From Eledone cirrhosa (taxonomy: Eukaryota): 64,000 bases of DNA. The DNA lies in the NCBI GenBank assembly GCA_964016885.1, contig OZ024741.1:7316001-7380000 (forward strand), read 5' to 3'. Below are positions 1 to 12,100 of the stretch, one piece after another. Positions within the stretch are counted from its first letter, which is position 1, and the number at the start of each line of letters is the position of its first letter. The translations under genes and the position numbers were made by a program. The notes under the pieces were generated by a model, which was not told the origin of the DNA, did no database searches, and saw only the letters and a program-made list of their open reading frames with translations.

Positions 1-81
1 TGAAGGTCGGTGGTTTAGTGGTTAGGAGTGAGGGGTTAAGAATAGTAAGGTGGTGCGTTGTGAAGGTCGATGGTTTAGTGG

Positions 82-87
82 TTAGGG
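82..87 (+). other. Telomere-type hexamer TTAGGG embedded once per consensus monomer (representative instance)
   Basis: Found at monomer positions 22-27 within GGTTTAGTGGTTAGGGG, and present in the majority of monomers. Confidence 0.85.
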
Positions 88-95
88 GTGATGGG

Positions 96-124
96 TTCAC
101 AATAGTGAGGTGGTGTGTTGTGAA
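96..124. other. 7-bp inverted repeat TTCACAA-N15-TTGTGAA (representative instance; recurs in most monomers)
   Basis: TTCACAA at 96-102 is the exact reverse complement of TTGTGAA at 118-124. Confidence 0.9.
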
Positions 125-3100
125 GGTCGGTGGTTTTGTAGTTAGGGGTGATGGGTTCACAATGGTAAGGTGGTGTGTTGTGAAGGTCGGTGGTTTAGTG
201 GTTAGGGGAGATGGGTTCACAATAGTGAGGTGGTGTGTTGTGAAGGTCGGTGGTTTTGTAGTTAGGGGTGATGGGTTCACAATGGTAAGGTGGTGTGTTG
301 TGAAGGTCGGTGGTTTAGTGGTTAGGGGTGATGGGTTCACAATAGTAAGGTGGTGTGTTGTGAAGGTCGGTTGTTTACTGGTTAGGGCTGATGGCTTCAC
401 AATGGTAAGGTGGTGTGTTGTGAAGGTCGGTGGTTTAGTGGTTAGGGGTGATGGGTTCACAATGGTAAGGTGGTGTGTTGTGAAGGTCGGTGGTTTAGTT
501 GTTAGGGGTGATGGGTTCACAATGGTAAGGTGGTGTGTTGTGAAGGTCGGTGGTTTAGTGGTTAGGGGGGATGGGTTCACAATGGTAAGGTGGTGTGTTG
601 TGAAGGTCGGTGATTTAGTGGTTAGGGGTGATGGGTTCACAATGGTAATGTGGTGTGTTGTGAAGGTCGGTGGTTTAGTGGTTAGTGGTGATGGGTTCAC
701 AATGTTATGGTCGTGTGTTGTGAAGGTCGGTTGTTTAGTGGTTAAGTGTGATGGGTTCACAATGGTAAGGTGGTGTGTTGTGAAGGTCGGTGGTTTAGTG
801 GTTAAGGGTGATGGGTTCAAAATAGTATGGTCGTGTGTTGTGAAGGTCGGTTGTTTAGTGGTTAGGTGTGGTGGGTTCACAATTGTAAGGTGGTGTGTTT
901 TGAAGGTCGGTGGTTTAGTGGTTAGGGGTGATGGGTTCACAAGGGTAAGGTGGTGTGTTGTGAAGGTCGGTGGTTTAGTGGTTAGGAGTGATGGGTTCAC
1001 AATGTTAAGGTGGTGTGTTGTGAAGGTCGGTGGTTTAGTGGTTAGGGGTGATGGGTTCACAATGATAATGTGGTGTGTTGTGAAGTTCGGTGGTTTAGTG
1101 GTTAGGGGTAATGGGTTCACAATGTTAAGGAGGTGTGTTGTGAAGGTCTGTGGTTTTAGTGGTTCGGGGTGATGGGTTCACAATGGTAAGGTGGTGTGTC
1201 TTGAAGGGGTGGTGGTTTAGTGGTTAGGGGTGATGGGTTCACAATGGTAAGGTGGTGTGCTGTGAAGTCGGTGGTTTAGTGGTTAGGAGTGATGGGTTCA
1301 AAATAGTAAGGTGTTGTGTTGTGAAGGTCGGTGGTTTAGTGGTTAGGGGTGATGGGTTCACAATGGTAAGGCGGGATGTTGTGAAGGTCGGAGGTTTAAT
1401 GATTAGGGGTGTTGGGTTCACAATGGTAAGGTGGTGTGTGGTGAAGGTCGGTGGTTTAGTGGTTAGGGGTGATGGTTTCACAATGGTAAGGTGGTGTGTT
1501 GTGAAGGTCGGTGGTTTAGTGGTTAGGGGTGATGGGTTCACAATGGTAAGGTGGTGTGTTTTGAAGGTCGGTGGTTCAGTGGTTAGGAGTGATGGGTTCA
1601 CAATTGTAAGGTTGTGTGTGGTGAAGATAGGTGGTTTAGTGGTTAGGGGTAATGTTTTCACAATGGTAAGGTGGTGTGTTGTGAAGGTCGGTGGTTTAGT
1701 GGTTAGAGGTGATGGGTTCACAATGGTAAGGTGGTGTGTTGTGAAGGTCGGTGGTTTAGTGGTTAGGGGTAATGTTTTCACAATGGTAAGGTGGTGTGTT
1801 GTGAAGGTCGGTGGTTTAGTGGTTAGAGGTGATGGGTTCACAATGGTAAGATGGTGTGTTGTGAAGGTCGGTAGTTTAGAAGTTAGGGGTGATGGGTTCA
1901 TAATGGTAAGGTGGTGTGTTGTGAAGGTCGATGGTTTAGCGGTTAGGGGTGATGGGTTCACTATAGTGAGGTGGTGTGTTGTGAAGGTCGGTGGATTTGT
2001 GGTTAGTGGTTGGGTTCACAATGGTAAGGTGGTGTGTTGTGAAGGTCGGTGGTTTAGTGGTTAGGAGTGATGGGTTCACAATAGTAAGGTGGTCTGTTGT
2101 TAAGGTCGGTGGTTTAGTGGTTAGGGGTGATGGGTTCACAATGGTATGGTGTTGTGTTGTGAAAGTCGGTGGTTTAGTGTTTAGGGGAGATGGGTTCACA
2201 ATAGTAAGGTGGTGTTTAGTGAAGGTCGGTGGTTTAGTGGTTATGGGTGATGGGTTCAGAATAGTAAGGTGGTGTGTTGTGAAGGTCGGTGGTTTTGTGG
2301 TTAGTGTTGATGGGTTCACAATGGTAAGGTGGTGTGTTGTGAAGGTCGGTGGTTTAGTGGTTAGGGGTGATGGTTCACAATAGTAAGGTGGTGTGTTGTG
2401 AAGGTCGGTGGTTTAGTGGTTAGGGGTGATGGGTTCAGAATAGTAAGGTGGTGTGTTGTGAAGGTCGGTGGTTTAGTGGTTAGGGGTGATGGGTTCAGAA
2501 TAGTAAGGTGGTGTGTTGTAAAGGTCGGTGGTTTAGTGGTTAGCGGAGATGGGTTCACAATAGTGAGGTGGTGTGTTGTGAAGGTCGGTGGTTTAGTGGT
2601 TAGGGGTGATGGGTTCAGAATAGTAAGGTGGTGTGTTGTGAAGGTCGGTGGTTTAGTGGTTAGGGGTGATGGGTTCAGAATAGTAAGGTGGTGTGTTGTG
2701 AAGGTCGGTGGTTTAGTGGTTAGGGGTGATGGGTTCAGAATAGTAAGGTGGTGTGTTGTGAAGGTCGGTGGTTTAGTGGTTAGGGGTGATGGGTTCAGAA
2801 TAGTAAGGTGGTGTGTTGTGAAGGTCGGTGGTTTAGTGGTTAGGAGTGACGGGTTCACAATAGTAAGGTGGTGTGTTGTGAAGGTCGGTGGTTTAGTGGT
2901 TAGGGGTGACGGGTTCACAATAGTAAGGTGGTGTGTTGTGAAAGTCGGTGGTTTAGTGGTTAGGGGTGATGGGTTCACAATAGTAAGGTGGTGTGTTGTG
3001 AAGGTCGGTGATTTAGTGGTTAGGGGTGACGGGTTCACAATGGTAAGGTGGTGTGTTGTGAAGGTCGGTGGTTTAGTGGTTAGGGGTGATGGGTTCAGAA

Positions 3101-6100
3101 TAGTAAGGTGGTGTGTTGTGAAGGTCGGTGGTTTAGTGGTTAGGGGTGATGGGTTCACAATAGTAAGGTGGTGTGTTGTGAAGGTCGTTGGTTTAGTGGT
3201 TAGGGGTGACGGGTTCACGATGGTAAGGTGGTGTCTTGTGAATGTCGGTGGTTTAGTGGTTAGGGGTGATGGGTTCACAATGGTAAGGCGGGATGTTGTG
3301 AAGGTCGGAGGTTTAGTGATTAGGGGTGATGGGTTCACAATGGTAAGGTGGTGTGTTGTGAAGGTCGGTGGTTTAGTGGTTAGGGGTGATGGGTTCACAA
3401 TGGTAAGGTCGTGTGTTGTGAAGGTCGGTGGTTTAGTTGTTAGGGGTGATGGGTTCACAATGGTAAGGTGGTGTGTTGTGAAGGTCGGTGATTTAGTGGT
3501 TAGGGGTGATGGGTTCACAATGGTATGGTCGTGTGTTGTGAAGGTCGGTGGTTTAGTGGTTAGTGGTGATGGGTTCACAATGGTATGGTCGTGTGTTGTG
3601 AAGTTCGGTTGTTTAGTGGTTAGGGGTGATGGGTTCACAATGGTATGGTCGTGTGTTGTGAAGGTCGGTTGTTTAGTGGTTAGGGGTGATGGGTTCACAA
3701 TGGTAAGGTGGTGTGTTGTGAAGGTCGGTGGTTTAGTGGTTAGGGGTGATGGGTTCACAATGTTAAGGCGGGATGTTGTGAAGGTCGGTGGTTTAGTGGT
3801 TAAGGGTGATGGGTTCACAATGGTATGGTCGTGTGTTGTGAAGGTCGGTTGTTTAGTGGTTAGGTGTGATGGGTTCACAATGGTACGGTGGTGTGTCGTG
3901 AAGGTCGGTGGTTTAGTGGTTAGGGGTGATGGGTTCACAATGGTAAGGTGGTGTGTTTTGAAGGTCGGTGGTTTAGTGGTTAGGGGTGATGGGTTCACAA
4001 TGGTATGGTGTTGTGTTGTGAAAGTCGGTGGTTTAGTGGTTATGGGAGATGGGTTCACAATAGTAGGGTGGTGTGTTGTGAAGGTCGGTGGTTTAGTGGT
4101 TAGGGGAGATGGGTTCACAATAGTGAGGTGGTGTGTTGTGAAGGTCGGTGGTTTAGTGATTAGGGGTGATGGGTTCACAATGGTAAGGTGGTGTGTTGTG
4201 AAGGTCGGTGGTTTAGTTGTTAGGGGTGATGGGTTCACAATGGTAAGGTGGTGTGTTGTGAAGGTCGGTGGTTTAGTGGTTAGGGGGGATGGGTTCACAA
4301 TGGTAAGGTGGTGTGTTGTGAAGGTCGGTGATTTAGTGGTTAGGGGTGATGGGTTCACAATGGTAATGTGGTGTGTTGTGAAGGTCGGTGGTTTAGTGGT
4401 TAGTGGTGATGGGTTCACAATGTTATGGTCGTGTGTTGTGAAGGTCGGTTGTTTAGTGGTTAAGTGTGATGGGTTCACAATGGTAAGGTGGTGTGTTGTG
4501 AAGGTCGGTGGTTTAGTGGTTAGGGGTGATGGGTTCACAATGTTAAGGCGGGATGTTGTGAAGGTCGGTGGTTTAGTAGTTAAGGGTGATGGGTTCAAAA
4601 TGGTATGGTCGTGTGTTGTGAAGGTCGGTTGTTTAGTGGTTAGGTGTGATGGGTTCACAATGGTAAGGTGGTGTGTTGTGAAGGTCGGTGGTTTGGTGGT
4701 TAGGGGTGATGGGTTCACAATTGTAAGGTGGTGTGTTTTGAAGGTCGGTGGTTTAGTGGTTAGGGGTGATGGGTTCACAAGAGTAAGGTGGTGTGTTGTG
4801 AAGGTCGGTGCTTTAGTGGTTAGGAGTGATGGGTTCACAATGGTAAGGTGGTGTGTTGTGAAGGTCGGTGGTTTAGTGGTTAGGGGTGATGGGTTCACAA
4901 TGATAATGTGGTGTGTTGTGAAGTTCGGTGGTTTAGTGGTTAGGGGTAATGGGTTCACAATGTTAAGGAGGTGTGTTGTGAAGGTCGGTGGTTTTAGTGG
5001 TTCGGGGTGATGGGTTCACAATGGTAAGGTGGTGTGTCTTGAAGGGGTGGTGGTTTAGTGGTTAGGAGTGATGGGTTCACAATGGTAAGGTTGTGTGTAG
5101 GTCGGTGGTTTAGTGGTGAGGGTTGATTGGTTCACAATGGTAAGGTGGTGTGTTGTGAAGGTCGGTGGTTTAGTGGTTATGGGTGATGGGTTCACAATGG
5201 TAAGGTGGTGTGTTGTGAAAGTCGGTGGTTTAGTGGTTAGGGGTGATGGGTTCACAATGGTAAGGTGGTGTGTTGTGAAGGTCGGTGGTTCAGTGGTTAG
5301 GAGTGATGGGTTCACAATTGTAAGGTTGTGTGTGGTGAAGATAGGTGGTTTAGTGGTTAGGGGTAATGGTTTCACAATGGTAAGGTGGTGTGTTGTGAAG
5401 GTCGGTGGTTTAGTGGTTAGAGGTGATGGGTTCACAATGGTAAGGTGGTGTGTTGTGAAGGTCGGTGGTTTAGTGGTTAGCGGAGATGAGGTGGTGTTTT
5501 GTGAAGGTCGGTGGTTTTGTAGTTAGGGGTGATGGGTTCACAATGGTAAGGTGGTGTGTTGTGAAGGTCGGTGGTTTAGTGGTTAGGGGTGATGGGTTCA
5601 CAATGGTAAGGTGGTGTGCTGTGAAGTCGGTGGTTTAGTGGTTAGGAGTGATGGGTTCAAAATAGTAAGGTGGTGTGTTGTGAAGGTCGGTTGTTTACTG
5701 GTTAGGGATGATGGCTTCACAATGGTAAGGTGGTGTGTTGTGAAGGTCGGTGGTTTAGTGGTTAGGGGTGATGGGTTCACAATGGTAAGGTGTTGTGTTG
5801 TGAAGGTCGGTGGTTTAGTGGTTAGGGGTGATGGGTTCACAATGGTAAGGCGGGATGTTGTGAAGGTCGGAGGTTTAGTGATTAGGTGTGTTGGGTTCAC
5901 AATGGTAAGGTGGTGTGTGGTGAAGGTCGGTGGTTTAGTGGTTAGGGGTGATGGTTTCACAATGGTAAGGTGGTGTGTTGTGAAGGTCGGTGGTTTAGTG
6001 GTTAGGGGTGATGGGTTCACAATGGTAAGGTGGTGTGTTGTGAAGGTCGGTGGTTCAGTGGATAGGAGTGATGGGTTCACAATTGTAAGGTTGTGTGTGG

Positions 6101-9100
6101 TGAAGATAGGTGGTTTAGTGGTTAGGGGTAATGGTTTCACAATGGTAAGGTGGTGTGTTGTGAAGGTCGGTGGTTTAGTGGTTAGAGGTGATGGGTTCAC
6201 AATGGTAAGGTGGTGTGTTGTGAAGGTCGGTGGTTTAGTAGTTAGGGGTGATGGGTTCACAATGGTAAGGTGGTGTGTTGTGAAGGTCGATGGTTTAGTG
6301 GTTAGGGGTGATGGGTTCACAATAGTGAGGTGGTGTGTTGTGAAGGTCAGTGGATTTGTGGTTAGTGGTTGGATTCACAATGGTAAGGTGGTGTGTTGTG
6401 AAGGTCGGTGGTTTAGTGGTTAGGGGTGATGGGTTCACAATGGTAAGGTGGTGTGGTGTGAAGGTCGATGGTTTAGTGGTTAGGGGTGATGGGTTCACAA
6501 TAGTGAGGTGGTGTGTTGTGAAGGTCGGTGGTTTAGTGGTTAGGAGTGATGGGTTCACAATAGTAAGGTGGTCTGTTGTTAAGGTCGGTGGTTTAGTGGT
6601 TAGGAGTGATGGGTTCACAATGGTATGGTGTTGTGTTGTGAAAGTCGGTGGTTTAGTGGTTAGGGGTGATGGGTTCAGAATAGTAAGGTGGTGTGTTGTG
6701 AAGGTCGGTGGTTTTGTGGTTAGTGTTGATGGGTTCACAATGGTAAGCTGGTGTGTTGTGAAGGTCGGTGGTTTAGTGGTTAGGGGTGATGGGTTCACAA
6801 TAGTAAGGTGGTGTGTTGTGAAGGTCGGTGGTTTAGTGGTTAGGGGTGATGGGTTCAGAATAGTAAGGTGGTGTGTTGTGAAGGTCGGTGGTTTAGTGGT
6901 TAGGGGTGATGGGTTCAGAATAGTAAGGTGGTGTGTTGTGAAGGTCGGTGGTTTAGTGGTTAGGGGTGATGGGTACAGAATAGTAAGGTGGTGTGTTGTG
7001 AAGGTCGGTGGTTTAGTGGTTAGGGGTGATGCGTTCACAATGGTAATGTGGTGTGTTGTGAAGGTAGGTGATTTAGTGGTTAGGGGTGATGGGTTCACAA
7101 TGGTATGGTCGTGTGTTGTGAAGGTCGGTTGTTTAGTGGTTAGGGGTGATGGGTTCACAATGGTATGGTCGTGTGTTGTGAAGGTCGGTTGTTTAGTGGT
7201 TAGGTGTGATGGGTTCACAATGGTAAGGTGGTGTGTCGTGAAGGTCGGTGGTTTTGTGGTTAGGGGTGATGGGTTCACAATGGTAAGGTGGTGTGTTTTG
7301 AAGGTCGGTGGTTTAGTGGTTAGGGGTGATGGGTTCACAATGGTATGGTGTTGTGTTGTGAAAGTCGGTGGTTTAGTGGTTATGGGAGATGGGTTCACAA
7401 TAGTAGGGTGGTGTGTTGTGAAGCTCGGTGGTTTAGTGGTTAGGGGAGATGGGTTCACAATAGTGAGGTGGTGTGTTGTGAAGGTCGGTAGTTTAGTTGT
7501 TAGGGGTGATGGGTTCACAATGGTAAGGTGGTGTGTTGTGAAAGTCGGTGGTTTAGTGGTTAGGGGTGATGCGTTCACAAGGGTAAGGTGGTGTGTTGTG
7601 AAGGTCGGTGGTTTAGTGGTTAGGAGTGATGGGTTCACAATGGTAAGGTGGTGTGTTGTGAAGGTCGGTGGTTTAGTGGTTAGGGGTGATGGGTTCACAA
7701 TAGTACGGTGGTGTGTTCTGAAGGTCGGTGGTTTAGTGGTTAGGGGTGATGGGTTCACAATGGTATGGTGTGTGTTGTGAAAGTCGCTGGTTTAGTGGTT
7801 AGGGGAGATGGGTTGACAATAGTAGGGTGGTGTGTTGTGAAGGTCGGTGGTTTAGTGGTTAGGGGAGATGGGTTCACAATAGTGAGGTGGTGTGTTGTGA
7901 AGGTCGCTAGTTTAGTTGTTACGGGTGATGGGTTCACAATGGTAAGGTGGTGTGTTGTGAAAGTCGGTGGTTTAGTGGTTAGGGGTGATGGGTTCACAAT
8001 GGTAAGGTGGTGTTTTGTGAAGTCGGTGGTTTAGTGGTTTGGGGTGATGGGTTCACAATGGTAAGGCGGGATGTTGTGATGGTCGGTGGTTTAGTGGTTA
8101 GGTGTGATGGGTTCACAATGGTAAGGTGGTGTTTTGTGAAGTCGGTGGTTTAGTGGTTAGGGGTGATGGGATCACAATGGTATGGTGTGTGTTGTGAAAG
8201 TCGCTGGTTTAGTGGTTAGGGGAGATGGGTTCACAATAGTAGGGTGGTGTGTTGTGAAGGTCGGTGGTTTAGTGGTTAGGGGAGATGGGTTCACAATAGT
8301 GAGGTGGTGTATTGTGAAGGTCGGTGGTTTAGTGGTTAGGGGTGATGGGTTCACAATGGTAAGGTGGTGTGTTGTGAAGGTCGGTGGTTTAGAGGTTAGG
8401 GGTGATGGGTTCAGAATAGTAAGGTGGTGTGTTGTGAAGGTCGGTGGTTTCGTGGTTAGGGGTGATGGGTTCAGAATAGTAAGGTAGTGTGTTGTGAAGG
8501 TCGGTGGTTAGTGGTTAGGGGTGACGGGTTCACAATGGTAAGGTGGTGTGTTGTGAAGGTCGGTTATTTAGTGGTTAGGGGTGATGGGTTCACAATGATA
8601 AGGTGGGATGTTGTGAAGGTCGGAGGTTTAGTGATTAGGGGTGATGGGTTCACAATGGTAAGGTGGTGTGTTGTGAAGGTCGGTGGTTTAGTGGTTAGGG
8701 GTGATGAGTTCACAATGGTAAGGTCGTGTGTTGTGAAGGTCGGTGGTTTAGTTGTTAGGGGTGATGGGTTCACAATGGTAAGGTGGTGTGTTGTGAAGGT
8801 CGGTGGTTTAGTGTTTAGGGGGATGGGTTCACAATGGTAAGGTGGTGTGTTGTGAAGGTCGGTGATTTAGTGGTTAGGGGTGATGGGTTCACAATGGTAA
8901 TGTGGTGTGTTGTGAAGGTCGGTTGTTTAGTGGTTAGGGGTGATGGGTTCACAATGGTATGGTCGTGTGTTGTGAAGGTCGGTTGTTTAGTTGTTAGGTG
9001 TGATGGGTTCACAATGGTAAGGTGGTGTGTTGTGAAGGTCGGTGGTTTAGTGGTTAGGGGTGATGGGTTCACAATTTTAAGGCGGGATGTTGTGCAGGTC

Positions 9101-12100
9101 GGTGGTTTAGTGGTTAAGGGTGATGGGTTCAAAATGGTATGGTCGTGTGTTGTGAAGGTCGGTTGTTTAGTGGTTAGGTGTGATGGGTTCACAATGGTAA
9201 AGTGGTGTGTTGTGAAGGTCGGTGGTTTAGTGGTTAGGGGTGATGGGTTCACAATTGTAAGGTGGTGTGTTTTGAAGGTCGGTGGTTTAGTGGTTAGGTG
9301 TGATGGGTTCACAAGGGTAAGGTGGTGTGTTGTGAAGGTCGGTGGTTTAGTGGTTAGGGGTGATGGGTTCACAATGGTAAGGTGGTGTGTTGTGAAGGTC
9401 GGTGGTTTAGTGGTTAGGGGTGATGGGTTCACTATGATAATGTGGTGTGTTGTGAAGGTCGGTGGTTTAGTGGTTAGAGGTAATGGGTTCACAATGGTAA
9501 GGAGGTGTGTTGTGAAGGTCGGTGGTTTTAGTGGTTCGGGGTGATGGGTTCACAATGGTAAGGTGGTATATCTTAAAGGGGTGGTGGTTTAGTGGTTAGG
9601 AGTGATGGGTTCACAATGGTAAGGTTGTGTGAAGGTCGGTGGTTTGGTGCTTAGGGTTGAATGGTTCACAATGGTAAGGTGGTGTGTTGTGAAGGTCGGT
9701 GGTTTAGTGGTTAGGAGTGAGGGGTTAAGAATAGTAAGGTGGTGCGTTGTGAAGGTCGATGGTTTAGTGGTTAGGGGTGATGGGTTCACAATAATGAGGT
9801 GGTGTGTTGTGAAGGTCGGTGGTTTTGTAGTTAGGGGTGATGGGTTCACAATGGTAAGGTGGTGTGTTGTGAAGGTCGGTGGTTTAGTGGTTAGGGGAGA
9901 TGGGTTCACAATAGTGAGGTGGTGTGTTGTGAAGGTCGGTGGTTTTGTAGTTAGGGGTGATGGGTTCACAATGGTAAGGTGGTGTGTTGTGAAGGTCGGT
10001 GGTTTAGTGGTTAGGGGTGATGGGTTCACAATAGTAAGGTGGTGTGTTGTGAAGGTCGGTTGTTTACTGGTTAGGGCTGATGGCTTCACAATGGTAAGGT
10101 GGTGTGTTGTGAAGGTCGGTGGTTTAGTGGTTAGGGGTGATGGGTTCACAATGGTAAGGTGGTGTGTTGTGAAGGTCGGTGGTTTAGTTGTTAGGGGTGA
10201 TGGGTTCACAATGGTAAGGTGGTGTGTTGTGAAGGTCGGTGGTTTAGTGGTTAGGGGGGATGGGTTCACAATGGTAAGGTGGTGTGTTGTGAAGGTCGGT
10301 GATTTAGTGGTTAGGGGTGATGGGTTCACAATGGTAATGTGGTGTGTTGTGAAGGTCGGTGGTTTAGTGGTTAGTGGTGATGGGTTCACAATGTTATGGT
10401 CGTGTGTTGTGAAGGTCGGTTGTTTAGTGGTTAAGTGTGATGGGTTCACAATGGTAAGGTGGTGTGTTGTGAAGGTCGGTGGTTTAGTGGTTAAGGGTGA
10501 TGGGTTCAAAATAGTATGGTCGTGTGTTGTGAAGGTCGGTTGTTTAGTGGTTAGGTGTGGTGGGTTCACAATTGTAAGGTGGTGTGTTTTGAAGGTCGGT
10601 GGTTTAGTGGTTAGGGGTGATGGGTTCACAAGGGTAAGGTGGTGTGTTGTGAAGGTCGGTGGTTTAGTGGTTAGGAGTGATGGGTTCACAATGTTAAGGT
10701 GGTGTGTTGTGAAGGTCGGTGGTTTAGTGGTTAGGGGTGATGGGTTCACAATGATAATGTGGTGTGTTGTGAAGTTCGGTGGTTTAGTGGTTAGGGGTAA
10801 TGGGTTCACAATGTTAAGGAGGTGTGTTGTGAAGGTCTGTGGTTTTAGTGGTTCGGGGTGATGGGTTCACAATGGTAAGGTGGTGTGTCTTGAAGGGGTG
10901 GTGGTTTAGTGGTTAGGGGTGATGGGTTCACAATGGTAAGGTGGTGTGCTGTGAAGTCGGTGGTTTAGTGGTTAGGAGTGATGGGTTCAAAATAGTAAGG
11001 TGTTGTGTTGTGAAGGTCGGTGGTTTAGTGGTTAGGGGTGATGGGTTCACAATGGTAAGGCGGGATGTTGTGAAGGTCGGAGGTTTAATGATTAGGGGTG
11101 TTGGGTTCACAATGGTAAGGTGGTGTGTGGTGAAGGTCGGTGGTTTAGTGGTTAGGGGTGATGGTTTCACAATGGTAAGGTGGTGTGTTGTGAAGGTCGG
11201 TGGTTTAGTGGTTAGGGGTGATGGGTTCACAATGGTAAGGTGGTGTGTTTTGAAGGTCGGTGGTTCAGTGGTTAGGAGTGATGGGTTCACAATTGTAAGG
11301 TTGTGTGTGGTGAAGATAGGTGGTTTAGTGGTTAGGGGTAATGTTTTCACAATGGTAAGGTGGTGTGTTGTGAAGGTCGGTGGTTTAGTGGTTAGAGGTG
11401 ATGGGTTCACAATGGTAAGGTGGTGTGTTGTGAAGGTCGGTGGTTTAGTGGTTAGGGGTAATGTTTTCACAATGGTAAGGTGGTGTGTTGTGAAGGTCGG
11501 TGGTTTAGTGGTTAGAGGTGATGGGTTCACAATGGTAAGATGGTGTGTTGTGAAGGTCGGTAGTTTAGAAGTTAGGGGTGATGGGTTCATAATGGTAAGG
11601 TGGTGTGTTGTGAAGGTCGATGGTTTAGCGGTTAGGGGTGATGGGTTCACTATAGTGAGGTGGTGTGTTGTGAAGGTCGGTGGATTTGTGGTTAGTGGTT
11701 GGGTTCACAATGGTAAGGTGGTGTGTTGTGAAGGTCGGTGGTTTAGTGGTTAGGAGTGATGGGTTCACAATAGTAAGGTGGTCTGTTGTTAAGGTCGGTG
11801 GTTTAGTGGTTAGGGGTGATGGGTTCACAATGGTATGGTGTTGTGTTGTGAAAGTCGGTGGTTTAGTGGTTAGGGGAGATGGGTTCACAATAGTAAGGTG
11901 GTGTTTAGTGAAGGTCGGTGGTTTAGTGGTTATGGGTGATGGGTTCAGAATAGTAAGGTGGTGTGTTGTGAAGGTCGGTGGTTTTGTGGTTAGTGTTGAT
12001 GGGTTCACAATGGTAAGGTGGTGTGTTGTGAAGGTCGGTGGTTTAGTGGTTAGGGGTGATGGTTCACAATAGTAAGGTGGTGTGTTGTGAAGGTCGGTGG

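Noticed and set aside
85-155. Canonical three-tetrad G-quadruplex motif (G3+N1-7)x4
   Set aside because: There are only two runs of 3 or more G per monomer, and the next pair is about 49 nt away. Only two-tetrad, long-loop or intermolecular forms are plausible.
2430-2830. Compensatory covariation in the dyad (TTCAGAA with TTCTGAA; TTCAAAA with TTTTGAA) and HSE/STAT-like TTC..GAA sites
   Set aside because: The complementary variants exist but were not seen paired in the same monomer. The TTC-N-GAA spacing matches neither HSE (TTCnnGAA) nor STAT (TTCnnnGAA).
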